In this document: positions 1 through 9,333 of the stretch, one piece after another
Layout: each line of letters opens with the position of its first letter
Numbering within the stretch: the first letter of the stretch is position 1
Virus record (IMG/VR): IMGVR_UViG_3300033463_000007
Span: 95,865 to 159,864 of that record
Reading direction: 5' to 3' (one strand)
Origin: a virus
Lineage: Duplodnaviria > Heunggongvirae > Uroviricota > Caudoviricetes
Length of the DNA: 64,000 nt
Translations under genes and position numbers: made by a program
Notes under the pieces: model-generated
Told to the model about the DNA's origin: nothing
The model's input: only the letters and a program-made list of their open reading frames with translations
The model's database searches: none

Positions 1-600
1 AATGGTCACACTTATACTAAAGATGAGATCATGAAAGGCCTTTGGTTATATGACGATGGTAGTTACTGTGTATGGGATAATGATATAGAATTCGGTAGAT
101 CACCTTTTGAACCACTTACTACTTTTAAAGATAAAGTCAGATATGCTCTGGCATCTTATCATGATGATCAAAATAAGATTGATGAAATTTGTAGTATCTT
201 TACTAAGTATACAGAAGGTGGCTGGTTGGATCTAAAGTCTGTATTGATAGATAAAGATGATGAGGATCGTAGCTGGTATGGTGTAATCAGAGGTTATGTA
301 GACCATCAGAGTATAGGAATACTTCAGAACTTCTTACGATCACATAATGTATCCCTTGAAGAATTTCTCACTAATTCTAAATACATAGTTTGGGTCGACG
401 GTGATGAGTATCAGATTAAAGAAAGTCTGTTTGAATCAGGTCTTGTTCATATAGAAGACTTCGAAGAGGTAGATGCTAGTATGTCTAATGATGATCTGGA
501 GTGGGAACAGTATAAGAAAGATAACCCTGATTGGGATAAAGAAGATGAAGACGATGATAGTGATGAAGGTTGAGATCCTCAGCTTTTAATGATGAGATAG
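1..600 (+). CDS. 5'-truncated hypothetical protein, probable member of the FETNSSS-motif paralogue family
   Basis: Frame is open from base 1. GYVDHQS and IVWVDGDE match GYINHQS/IIIDNDN (3541) and GYIDHSS/VFTGNDN (6001). Ends at 573 if TGA is stop, or at TAG 598-600 under code 4. Confidence 0.7.
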
Positions 601-710
601 AATATTTTTTAAACTCGCTCAAAATATTATTTATAAATAAATAAAAATATATTATAATATATTTGTCAATGAGAAACAAAGTCTGTTGACAAAAAGGAGA
701 AATAAAAACA

Positions 711-926
711 ATGATAGTATATTTGGTAGAATCAATTAAAGATTATGAATATGGTTGTCGTGAGGTAGTTGAAGTATGTTCTTCTTATGAACTGGCAGAA
801 GAGTATATTAACCAGCAGAGCGACAATGGTGACGTAGAATTCTGGAACGGTTCAAAAGAACCACAATATACTATTACACCTTGGGAAGTATTAATGGAAA
901 CAGAAACAACAGACAAGGAGAACTAA
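711..926 (+). CDS. small phage hypothetical protein
   Basis: ORF track; AAGGAG RBS upstream; TAA stop. Confidence 0.75.
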   Translation: MIVYLVESIKDYEYGCREVVEVCSSYELAEEYINQQSDNGDVEFWNGSKEPQYTITPWEVLMETETTDKEN

Positions 927-928
927 TT

Positions 929-1138
929 ATGGCAAATCAAGATTCTGGATATGCTTTAAAAAATGAAAATGATACATACTACTGTGGACTCAATATGTTT
1001 GACAAGCAGTTAAGAAAAGTTAAGATATATCATAGTCTTCGTTATGCCAAAGAAGCTATCGAAAACATCAAAGAAAGAAACCCAGAACATCGAGATGATG
1101 TTTGGAGAATCATCAAGGTAGAGATAAGAGAGATATAA
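929..1138 (+). CDS. small phage hypothetical protein
   Basis: ATG 929 follows an AAGGAG RBS, in frame with track ORF 881-1138. Confidence 0.7.
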   Translation: MANQDSGYALKNENDTYYCGLNMFDKQLRKVKIYHSLRYAKEAIENIKERNPEHRDDVWRIIKVEIREI

Positions 1139-1222
1139 AAATGGAAGACTATAAGTTTATACCAGAAGAAATGAAACCCTGCCCACACCGCGGAGCGAAA
1201 ATGAATAAGGAGAAACAATACA

Positions 1223-1444
1223 ATGAAAGATATTAAAGAACTACTTTTTAGAGAATGTGCACTTTGGGAGTCTATCTATAGACATTACGGAACAGTGTTG
1301 GGCGAAAATCACGAGTCTACTATTACAGCAGAGCACAAATTCCAGGCTCTTTATAATGTGATTGAAGATGCTGACCTTGATGGAGAATATGCGCAGTGGG
1401 AGAATTGCGGAGCGAAGATGGACGGAAAGGAGAATGAGAAATAA
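1223..1444 (+). CDS. small phage hypothetical protein
   Basis: ORF track; AAGGAG RBS; C-terminal CGAKMD zinc-ribbon remnant. Confidence 0.7.
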   Translation: MKDIKELLFRECALWESIYRHYGTVLGENHESTITAEHKFQALYNVIEDADLDGEYAQWENCGAKMDGKENEK

Positions 1445-1579
1445 ATGAATAAAACTTGGGTAGTATTAAGACTTGGTAAATGGAATCATAAAGCAACTTC
1501 AATGTTTGTTTATAACAGGGTATTTAAAAATGGTTATAAGTGGACACCAATATGTCTTAAGCAATTTCGTTATATTTAA
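1445..1579 (+). CDS. possible 44-aa protein
   Basis: ATG directly abuts the previous stop; MNKTWVVLRLGKWNHK...; TAA stop. Confidence 0.4.
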   Translation: MNKTWVVLRLGKWNHKATSMFVYNRVFKNGYKWTPICLKQFRYI

Positions 1580-1690
1580 AAAATGGAAGATATAATAAAA
1601 CAAATTTAAGCAGATATAAAATATGCTAAAGAACATGATATAGACTTAAAAGAAGAATGTATCATAGATGCTATAAGGAGATGCGAAAGT

Positions 1691-2575
1691 ATGTCTAAAG
1701 AATATGATCCAGAATATGAAATTTATAAATGTGAGCAAAGACTAAAAGATAAGAGACCTACTCCAGGTCCATGTCCTATATGTGGTAGTAATCCAAGTTT
1801 GCTGATCCGCTATTTAGGTAAGCCTGACGGTCAAGGATATCCTGGTTGTTTTACATTCCAGTATAAGTGTCCTGAATGCGGATATCTAGAAACAGATGAT
1901 ATAGATTCTATTTATAGATCTGAAGAGGATGCTGTAGATATGGCTGCTAAAATGTGGAATGACTATTCTAAAGATATTAATACATTTATAGATAGTACTC
2001 GAAATAAATCGACTGTTAATATTGGTCATCCTTCTATAGAAGTTAAGAAAGAAGAAGCTTGGAATAAGTTACTTAAGCTTGGCGTTATAGATGAAGATGG
2101 TAATATCACAGAAGAATATAAAGATATTATTGTTAAAGATACTGAGCCTCCAGTCGGCTATAAAGATGATGAAATCTTTCTTCCTTCTGTAGATGAATAT
2201 GAAAAATACAAAGATGTAATTCCGTCTATAAATACTTATTGGTGGACAAGAACACCAGGTCAAAAGATACTTACAGATATGGCTATAAGTATAATTACAC
2301 CCGCCAAAACAATTCAGTTAGATGCTTTTGTCGCTCATAATGCCGTTCGTCCTATGATTCATCTACCAAATGGTACTACAGAAATCAATGCTCCTATTGG
2401 TGCAAAAATAAATCTATATAACTTTCCTTGGGTAGTAATAGATAAACATCTTGCAATAGCAGAAGTACCTATCGGATTTGAAAAGTTTGATGGTAACTGG
2501 AATGATTATCTTACAAGCCATATAAGAAATTATTTAAATAGGTGGCTTAATGAAAGAAAAGAAAAAATTGATTAA
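1691..2575 (+). CDS. Lar-like zinc-ribbon domain fused to a DUF6273-like domain
   Basis: N-terminal CPICGS...CPECG...AAKMWN (Lar/restriction-alleviation-like); C-terminal FLPSVDEY...YWWTRTP...AVRP (DUF6273-like). Confidence 0.6.
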   Translation: MSKEYDPEYEIYKCEQRLKDKRPTPGPCPICGSNPSLLIRYLGKPDGQGYPGCFTFQYKCPECGYLETDDIDSIYRSEEDAVDMAAKMWNDYSKDINTFIDSTRNKSTVNIGHPSIEVKKEEAWNKLLKLGVIDEDGNITEEYKDIIVKDTEPPVGYKDDEIFLPSVDEYEKYKDVIPSINTYWWTRTPGQKILTDMAISIITPAKTIQLDAFVAHNAVRPMIHLPNGTTEINAPIGAKINLYNFPWVVIDKHLAIAEVPIGFEKFDGNWNDYLTSHIRNYLNRWLNERKEKID

Positions 2576-2591
2576 ATTTTAATTTTTTGAT

Positions 2592-2599
2592 TGTATAAT
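2592..2599 (+). promoter_or_regulatory. sigmaA-like extended -10 promoter
   Basis: TG-TATAAT immediately upstream of the large non-coding RNA candidate. Confidence 0.65.
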
Positions 2600-2602
2600 A
2601 TA

Positions 2603-3255
2603 AATGCAAGGTGCTACGAAGCCGAGAGGAAACGGTAACTGCAGATGCGGAGTTATTAGAGGAGCAGTAGTAAATGGAGTGAAATGAACAGCCTTACCTC
2701 CTTGAGCGTGATCGAAGTTTGAAGTACTAAAAACTAAGATCTAGGTTGATACGCTACAAAGCTTTATACGCAGGCCGAAGTAGAGCATAGAATGGTGAAT
2801 AGCCTATTCCCTTCAAAAATAGGAAGAGTCTTATGTGAAAGGCATATATCCAGGTCTGGCTGGAGAAAAAGTAAGTAGGTAATGTCCTGATGATGACAGT
2901 CTCCAGAAAAAGTAGGGGAGAGAAGTGAGACGTCACTTATGTATGAGCAGACTCCGGTGAGACCCCACCTCCACCATCGCAATTAAATAATAGAAGCCAT
3001 TATCAAAAAGTTGATAATGTGGATCCACTGTAATTTTACGTTGGTATAGTGTGGCGTGGTTAAAGTACCGTTCGATTCGGTTGTCAAACAGTGGGAGCAT
3101 ATCTAGACCACGCAAATGGATATGCAAATTGAATAGTTAATGAATAGTTAATGCCCTCTGGCAACTCTACGGAGGCCAGTGAAAGACAGATACTCTACGG
3201 AGATGTGAAAGTACTATATGAGTATAGGAAATCTTAATGCGAAAGGCACATTTTT
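2603..3255 (+). ncRNA. large structured ncRNA, ROOL-like
   Basis: ~650 nt with no + strand ORF, GC-richer than its flanks, with many short hairpins. Starts just after a promoter, and its 5' and 3' ends can pair (AAATG/CATTT, GTGC/GCAC). tRNA-Lys follows directly. Size and context fit ROOL RNA; not verified by covariance model. Confidence 0.6.
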
Positions 3256-3264
3256 AAAAAATAT

Positions 3265-3340
3265 TCTCGCTTAGCTCAGTTGATAGAGCATATGGCTTTT
3301 AATCGTAAGGTCATGAGTTCAAACCTCATAGCGAGAACCA
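3265..3340 (+). tRNA. trnK: tRNA-Lys(UUU)
   Basis: Acceptor TCTCGCT/AGCGAGA; D-stem GCTC/GAGC; loop CTTTTAA; T-loop TTCAAAC; encoded CCA. Confidence 0.92.
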
Positions 3341-3346
3341 ATATAT

Positions 3347-3429
3347 GATCTCCTTTGTCCAATGGTAGGACGGCCCCATTAGAGGGGTTAAGCGCAAAGT
3401 GTGAGGTTCGATTCCCACAGGAGATCCCA
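3347..3429 (+). tRNA. atypical tRNA (best reading Leu-UAG; G-1:C73; irregular anticodon arm)
   Basis: Acceptor ATCTCCT/AGGAGAT; D-stem GTCC/GGAC; anticodon arm GCCCC-ATTAGA-GGGGT; extended variable region; bulged T-stem with TTCGATT; CCA. Confidence 0.65.
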
Positions 3430-3433
3430 AATT

Positions 3434-3472
3434 AAAAGATGTTAATTAAATTAAAAATTAACATCTTTTTTT
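3434..3472 (+). terminator. Rho-independent terminator
   Basis: AAAAGATGTTAATT / AATTAACATCTTTT stem plus T tract. Confidence 0.8.
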
Positions 3473-3492
3473 ATCTTAAAATTAATTTTTCA

Positions 3493-3501
3493 TTGTATAT
3501 T
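3493..3501 (+). promoter_or_regulatory. sigmaA-like extended -10 promoter
   Basis: TTGTATATT. The same element occurs at 5951, 11195 and 27604; TGTATAAT variants occur at 2592, 28365, 31045, 34765 and 36798. Confidence 0.55.
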
Positions 3502-3540
3502 ATAGTACACAAATAAATTCTGCAAAGAGGAAAAGTCATA

Positions 3541-4107
3541 ATGAAACAGATAAGAAAAGGTGTATTTGAAACTAACAGCAGTTCTAGTCATAGTTTACAG
3601 TATTCTAAGAAAGATAGAGGATATGACTATAATCTACCAGTAGATAAAGACGGAACATTAACTCTTCAGTTCGGTGAATTCGGATGGGGTACTGGAGATG
3701 CTGAAGATGACCTTCTAAAAACTTCACTCCAGAAGATATCTTATTTTATTACAGATAATTGTGATCTTTGGGATAGAGATTATGATTCTTGGGATGAGTT
3801 TATAAAAGACTTTATTAAGCTGCCTAAGATTGCAAAGTTGCTTGAAATAATTTATTATAAATGTCCACAGGTTAATAATATTAAATTTGATATGGCACCA
3901 GATAGTGACAGTAATATTGGATATATTAATCATCAGAGTCAAGGGCTTACAAAAAATATTTATACTAGTGAAGATATTGAAAATCTTATTTTTAATAACA
4001 GTGTAATGATTATTATTGATAATGATAACGGTGGTTACTGGAATGATTATGTAACTTGGGATGAAGACTTTCCGGCAACAGAAGATATAGAGGAATTGTT
4101 TGATTAA
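3541..4107 (+). CDS. FETNSSS-motif family protein
   Basis: N-terminus MKQIRKGVFETNSSSSHS; FGEFGWG; GYINHQS; IDNDN. Confidence 0.85.
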   Translation: MKQIRKGVFETNSSSSHSLQYSKKDRGYDYNLPVDKDGTLTLQFGEFGWGTGDAEDDLLKTSLQKISYFITDNCDLWDRDYDSWDEFIKDFIKLPKIAKLLEIIYYKCPQVNNIKFDMAPDSDSNIGYINHQSQGLTKNIYTSEDIENLIFNNSVMIIIDNDNGGYWNDYVTWDEDFPATEDIEELFD

Positions 4108-4394
4108 TGAAAGTTGTTATTAATAGATGCTTCGGCGGATTCTCACTCTCCAAAGAAGCATATGATTTCTTAGGTCTTGAGTGGGATGGTTATGGTTTTG
4201 CTTTTAAAGAGCCAGAGCCAGAAATAAGAACAGATCCGAAATTAATAGAATGCGTAAAAACTTTAGGCAGTAAAAAAGCCTCTGGTAGATGCGCTCAATT
4301 AAAAGTAGTTAGAGTTCCAGATAACATTGAATGGTATATAGATAATTATGACGGCTTAGAAACTGTTGAGGAAGTACATAGAACTTGGTGTTAA
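4107..4394 (+). CDS. conserved phage hypothetical protein
   Basis: KVVINRCFGGFSLS...RTDPKLI...YDGLETVEEVHRTW; translationally coupled to the previous gene. Confidence 0.8.
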   Translation: MKVVINRCFGGFSLSKEAYDFLGLEWDGYGFAFKEPEPEIRTDPKLIECVKTLGSKKASGRCAQLKVVRVPDNIEWYIDNYDGLETVEEVHRTWC

Positions 4395-4401
4395 ATATAT
4401 T

Positions 4402-4433
4402 AAAAAAGAGTATCCAATTTGGATACTCTTTTT
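4402..4433 (+). terminator. Rho-independent terminator
   Basis: AAAAGAGTATCCA / TGGATACTCTTTT stem. Confidence 0.85.
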
Positions 4434-4437
4434 ATAT

Positions 4438-4451
4438 GCTAAATTATACGA
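4438..4451 (+). promoter_or_regulatory. putative phage late promoter, copy 1
   Basis: GCTAAATTATACGA directly after a terminator and upstream of an RBS and gene. Confidence 0.6.
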
Positions 4452-4480
4452 ATAATTAAATTTTTAATGAGGGTTATTTT

Positions 4481-5557
4481 ATGCAGGCTAATTATACAGA
4501 TATCTTAATAGAAGAATATGATTATACTTATGGTAAAGATTTTGAATGTATTGATAAAAATTTTTTATATAAATATAAAGGTAAAGATAGTCATGTAATT
4601 ATTCCAGAGGGTATTACTAGTATATGTGCATATGCTTTTGCTTGACAGCCTCAAATAGAAAGTATTACTATACCTAATACTGTTAAAAGTATAGTTAATA
4701 ATGCATTTGATTGCTGTATAAATTTAAAAACTATAAATCTACCGCAAAGTTTAACATCTCTTGGCGATACTGCATTTTGTCATTGTCATAGTTTATCTGA
4801 AATAATTATTCCAGATAGTATTACTCAACTAAAGTTTGCTGTTTTTGCACATTGTGAATCTTTAACTAAGGTAGTTTTACCTAAAGGACTTACCAAAATA
4901 GGTAGTAATGCTTTTCAAGATTGTATTAATTTATCTAATATAAATATTCCAAATAGTCTTACTTCTATAGAACGTGCTGCATTTATGAATTGTACAAGTT
5001 TAACAAAATTAGATCTTTCAAATACTAATATTACTAAAATTGAAGACCTAGCTTTTGCTGATTGTTTTAATTTAACCTCCCTAATATTTCCAGCTTGTTT
5101 AGAAAAAACTGGAACTGATATTATTGATAATTGTGAAAAATTAACACAAATATATTTACCAGATAATATTATAAATATAGCACCCTTTGCTCATAAAACT
5201 GCTTGCAAAATTATAACTCGTAATTGGTCTGCTTTTATGAAATTAATTAGCTTTGATACTTTGAGTAATACTAGTTTAGCTAAATTAAATCCAGACGTTT
5301 ATGATAATTTTCCTTATTATAAAGAAGTTAAAAAAGCAATTACTAATTTTGATTTAACTGGTTTAGAAACACAATTAAACATTTTTATTGCCGCTCTTAT
5401 AGCAATGATATTAAAAAAACCAGCTGTATATGAAGAACTTTTAAACTTTTTAGTCCAAGGTTATTCTAAGGATGAAATAAAAAAAGCAATAAAAGCAGTT
5501 GTAGCAGATAAAGAAAGTATACAAATTGTTATAGATAAACTAAATTCTATTTTATAA
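4481..5557 (+). CDS. BspA-type leucine-rich-repeat protein (358 aa, one TGA-Trp)
   Basis: ATG 4481 with GAGG RBS, open except for TGA at 4643-4645. Repeats of the form IPxxVxxIxxxAFxxCxxL. Full-length paralogue of 10045-11130. Confidence 0.85.
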
Positions 5558-5580
5558 AATAATTAATAAAGATAAGAAGG

Positions 5581-5883
5581 GGTATAGCAAGTAATAGTAT
5601 AAGTTATACAGTTGCACCACAGACAATTAGTTTCAAAGTATATAATACAAACGGTACATCTTATAATACTTATACAGCAGAAGTTGGAATGTCTTGGTAT
5701 ACATTTTGTGAAAATGATGAATATGGTAGATTTATATGTTCACATGAAGAAGGCTTTGTTTGAAATCAAAGCGGAGCAAGTACTATAAGAAATAGAAATG
5801 ATAGTTCAAGAGTATATGGTAATGATGTTATTATAGATAATGGTGAATATAAATGAGCCATTGATGGTGGCGGTGAGAATTAA
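5581..5883 (+). pseudogene. start-less ORF remnant resembling a virion-accessory protein C-terminus
   Basis: Open frame ASNSISYTVAPQTISFKVY... with two TGA-Trp and a TAA stop. No ATG at its start; an upstream in-frame TAA lies at 5560-5562. Confidence 0.4.
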
Positions 5884-5911
5884 AAAATTAATATATTTTA
5901 AGTATAATTTT

Positions 5912-5949
5912 AAAATAGAAGAACATAATAATATGTTCTTCTATTTTTT
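5912..5949 (+). terminator. Rho-independent terminator followed by a sigmaA-like promoter
   Basis: AAAATAGAAGAACATA / TATGTTCTTCTATTTT, then TTGTATATT at 5951; near-identical to 11154-11203. Confidence 0.85.
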
Positions 5950-6000
5950 ATTGTATATTATAATACAAACAAATAAGTCTTACGGAAAGGAATTTTTAAA

Positions 6001-6588
6001 ATGAGACAGATAAGAAAAGGTGTATTTGAAACTAACAGCTCCAGTACTCATAGTATTGCCATCCCTAAAACACATGCTGAGAAGTATCCAAATGTTATTC
6101 ATTTTGGTATAGGAGAATTTGGCTGGGAATTTGAGGAAGTAGATCCTGCTGATTATTTATATACTGCTATTCTAGCTTATTATACTAAGCCATCAGAGCG
6201 TGAAGAAAAGCTTAATGAATTGAAAGCAGCATTAGATGCTCATGACATTCGATATACTATGGATAAGCCTGCTTTCTGGCATTCTGAAGGTTCAGATGCA
6301 TACTATCTTGATAATGGTTATATTGATCATAGTAGTGAGCTGGGTGATTTCTTAAATGCAGTATTTGCAAGTCCTGAAACCCTTCTAGACTTTATATGCT
6401 ATGGACTAGTGTTTACCGGTAATGATAATTCAGATGATGAGGAACGCATTTTTGTTTTTAGAGATTGTCCTACGTATACTGAAGATCATTTTAATTCTGC
6501 TACCAGAGACTGGACATCAGAAGAGAAACTAAATACTTATTATAAAGAAGAATATAATAATTATGATTGGTATGAGAAATGGAATTAA
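6001..6588 (+). CDS. FETNSSS-motif family protein
   Basis: MRQIRKGVFETNSSSTHS; IGEFGWE; GYIDHSS; TGNDN. Confidence 0.85.
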   Translation: MRQIRKGVFETNSSSTHSIAIPKTHAEKYPNVIHFGIGEFGWEFEEVDPADYLYTAILAYYTKPSEREEKLNELKAALDAHDIRYTMDKPAFWHSEGSDAYYLDNGYIDHSSELGDFLNAVFASPETLLDFICYGLVFTGNDNSDDEERIFVFRDCPTYTEDHFNSATRDWTSEEKLNTYYKEEYNNYDWYEKWN

Positions 6589-6625
6589 GATATTAATAAT
6601 ATAAATTTGAAAGGAAATTTTAAGT

Positions 6626-7240
6626 ATGGAAATGTTCAATGGAATGTTTGGAAAAGTGGCCCCCGGAATGTGCAGACTTTCTATGAGCGGAGGACTTGCA
6701 GTAAAGACAAGTAATGGTTATAAGACATATAATCTTAAGACTAACAGACTTACTAACTGCAACAACTTTGTATTTAATATTGGTGAGGAATTTTTCTTCA
6801 TAATTCCCACTAATAAAGTAGAAAAGGGAGACATTATTCTTGTGACTGGTAAGCCAAAGTGTGTTGTAGATGTAGGTAAGGATACAATTAAGGTTATTGA
6901 TTATGAGGATTCTACTGTAAAAGATATTCTTCCAGAGCGTCATGTATTTATGGGTAATACTTATTTCTATGGTAAGATTGTTTCTATGTTTGGTAACGAT
7001 TTTGCTAAGGGTAAGAAAGGCATGAATAAGATTATGTCTTATATGATGATGTCTGAAATGATGAAAGGTAATACCGGCACTGCTAATAATGGCATGAGTG
7101 CTATGCTGCCCTTCATGATGATGTCCGGCGGTAACTTTAATAATATGTTCGATGGCATGTTTGACTTTGATTTTGATACTACAGATGATAATGATGAAGA
7201 TGCTTTTGAAGATGTAGATGATGAAAAGGACGGTGAATAA
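6626..7240 (+). CDS. hypothetical protein with Met-rich and acidic C-terminus
   Basis: ORF track; RBS; MSYMMMSEMM / MLPFMMMSGG segment; first gene of the triad with the vWA and PurA-like genes. Confidence 0.8.
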   Translation: MEMFNGMFGKVAPGMCRLSMSGGLAVKTSNGYKTYNLKTNRLTNCNNFVFNIGEEFFFIIPTNKVEKGDIILVTGKPKCVVDVGKDTIKVIDYEDSTVKDILPERHVFMGNTYFYGKIVSMFGNDFAKGKKGMNKIMSYMMMSEMMKGNTGTANNGMSAMLPFMMMSGGNFNNMFDGMFDFDFDTTDDNDEDAFEDVDDEKDGE

Positions 7241-7242
7241 TA

Positions 7243-8121
7243 ATGGGTGGTGGATCTTGGACTTCTAAAGATTTCGCTTCTTATTCTACTGCAAGAGGAT
7301 TAGATATATCTTATGATAGTAGTGGTTATGCTACAATAGCTAATAAGTATTCTACTCAGGATCTGTATTCATCAAACTTTCTTCAGGATATTCTAAATCC
7401 TTATGGAGTAGTAAGACAGTGTTGTGATTCAGAAGAGCATCCTAATACTATCCCGGTAATACTCGCTTTGGACGTTACCGGTAGTATGGGCGGAGCTGCT
7501 ACTGCAGTTGCTAGAAAACTGAATGAAGTAATGACAAGACTTTATGAGCAGGTTCCTGATGTAGAGTTTTGTATCATGGGTATAGGTGATCTTGACTATG
7601 ATGCTGCACCCATTCAGATATCACAGTTTGAATCAGATATTCGTATTGCTACTCAGCTTGATAAAGTTTATTTTGAAGGTGGGGGTGGCGGTAATGGATT
7701 TGAGTCATATACTGCTGCTTGGTATATGGGATCAAGACATACTGATCTAGATTGTTGGAAACGTGGTCAGAAGGGTATTATTATTACAATGGGTGATGAG
7801 CCTTTGAATCCTTATTTACCAAAGAAAAGATTGGCTCATGTTACTGGTGATAACCTGGAAGCAGATATTGAAACTTCTGCTTTATATAAAGAAGTAACTG
7901 AAAAATTCGATGTATATCATCTGGCTGTAAAAGATGAGGATAGTAGCTATGAGTGGCATAAGAGAGAACTTCATAAATCTTTTGGTAAATATTTTGATGA
8001 AGATCATCTGCGTGTAGTAACTCTCGATAACATTGCAAATGTTATTGTAGATATTATTTCAAAGTCTACTTCGGCAAGTGCAAATGTAATTGAGAATCCA
8101 TCGGAAGGAATTGCGTGGTAA
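7243..8121 (+). CDS. vWA (MIDAS) domain protein
   Basis: ILALDVTGSM MIDAS motif; GGGG...ESY; IITMGDE. Confidence 0.8.
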   Translation: MGGGSWTSKDFASYSTARGLDISYDSSGYATIANKYSTQDLYSSNFLQDILNPYGVVRQCCDSEEHPNTIPVILALDVTGSMGGAATAVARKLNEVMTRLYEQVPDVEFCIMGIGDLDYDAAPIQISQFESDIRIATQLDKVYFEGGGGGNGFESYTAAWYMGSRHTDLDCWKRGQKGIIITMGDEPLNPYLPKKRLAHVTGDNLEADIETSALYKEVTEKFDVYHLAVKDEDSSYEWHKRELHKSFGKYFDEDHLRVVTLDNIANVIVDIISKSTSASANVIENPSEGIAW

Positions 8122-8124
8122 TAT

Positions 8125-9333
8125 ATGGATAAAAAGAAGGTCAAAGTTATTATTGGCGCTAACTATGGCGACGAAGGAAAAGGATTAGCTACAAACTATT
8201 TTTCTTCATTTAGTCATAAATGCTTAAATGTATTATTTAATGGTGGCTGTCAAAGAGGTCACACAGTTGAGCTAATAGATGGTACGCGACATGTATTTCA
8301 TCATTTTGGTAGCGGTACATTTAATGGTGCTAATACATACTTTGACCAAAATTTTATTCTAAACCCAATAATGTTTTGCCAAGAGTATGATGAGTTGAAA
8401 GCTATTATTGATACCCTGCCTCAATGCTACGTATCCCCTGAATGCAGAGTATCTACTCCTTATGATGTTTTTGTTAATCAGATAGTAGAAACAGTTAGGG
8501 GTGAAAATAGACATGGATCATGCGGCTGGGGTATTTGGGAAACTACTCAGAGATATAAAGATGAATGGTATAATCGTCCACTGTCTGATTTAGCTCTAAT
8601 GAGTGATAAAGGACTTTGGCTCTATTTTGCAAATGCAGCTTGCTATGCTATTGATAGATTGGCTACAGAATATAATATATCATATGAAGATATTCCTGAA
8701 GAATATAAAAAGCTTTTTGAATCTGAGACACTCAAGCTTAATTTCATATTAGATTTTAAAAGAATGATTTCTCTTATGAAATTTAAGGAGTTTAATGAAA
8801 TAGCTTCTGAATATGATACTATTATATTTGAAGGCGGGCAAGGTATTGCATTAGATGAAAATAATGTAGAGGAGTATCCAAATGTAACTGCAAGTAGCAC
8901 TACTTCTAATATTCCAATGCAAAGGATAAAAGATTTAGATTGTGATGTAGAAATTTGTTATATAACTCGATCATACTTTACTCGACATGGTGCCGGCAAA
9001 TTTCTTACTGAATGCGCTAAATCAGAGATCAATCCTGATATTGAAGATAAGACAAATGTCTATAATGATTATCAGGAATCTATTAGATATGGATTATTTT
9101 CTTTAAAAGATTTTGAATGGCGAATATTTGAAGATTTTCATAATGCTTGGAAAATAAAATCTGATATTAAATGTTCAGTTTTCATTACACATTTAAATTA
9201 TACAAATGGTAATATAGCTGGTGATTGTGATATTTCAGATATAATAAAAAGATTTGATATAAGTTATTTATGTGATGAAAAATATGGAATGTATGTAATA
9301 AAGAAAGGAAATACAAAAAATGATACAAATTAG
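8125..9333 (+). CDS. divergent adenylosuccinate-synthetase (PurA)-family protein
   Basis: GANYGDEGKG P-loop; NGGCQRGHTV; HGSCGWGIWET; IIFEGGQG; the substrate loop is divergent (TRSYFTRHGAG). Confidence 0.8.
   Translation: MDKKKVKVIIGANYGDEGKGLATNYFSSFSHKCLNVLFNGGCQRGHTVELIDGTRHVFHHFGSGTFNGANTYFDQNFILNPIMFCQEYDELKAIIDTLPQCYVSPECRVSTPYDVFVNQIVETVRGENRHGSCGWGIWETTQRYKDEWYNRPLSDLALMSDKGLWLYFANAACYAIDRLATEYNISYEDIPEEYKKLFESETLKLNFILDFKRMISLMKFKEFNEIASEYDTIIFEGGQGIALDENNVEEYPNVTASSTTSNIPMQRIKDLDCDVEICYITRSYFTRHGAGKFLTECAKSEINPDIEDKTNVYNDYQESIRYGLFSLKDFEWRIFEDFHNAWKIKSDIKCSVFITHLNYTNGNIAGDCDISDIIKRFDISYLCDEKYGMYVIKKGNTKNDTN

Noticed and set aside
571-573. TGA used as a true stop in early genes (dual meaning shown directly)
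   Set aside because: Read-through adds only nine codons before a TAG, so this single case is uninformative; other early genes end in TAA or TAG.
8125-9333. PurZ / Z-genome biosynthesis
   Set aside because: The motif is GDEGKG with Asp, not the Ser-containing PurZ motif, and no DatZ/MazZ-like neighbours are visible.
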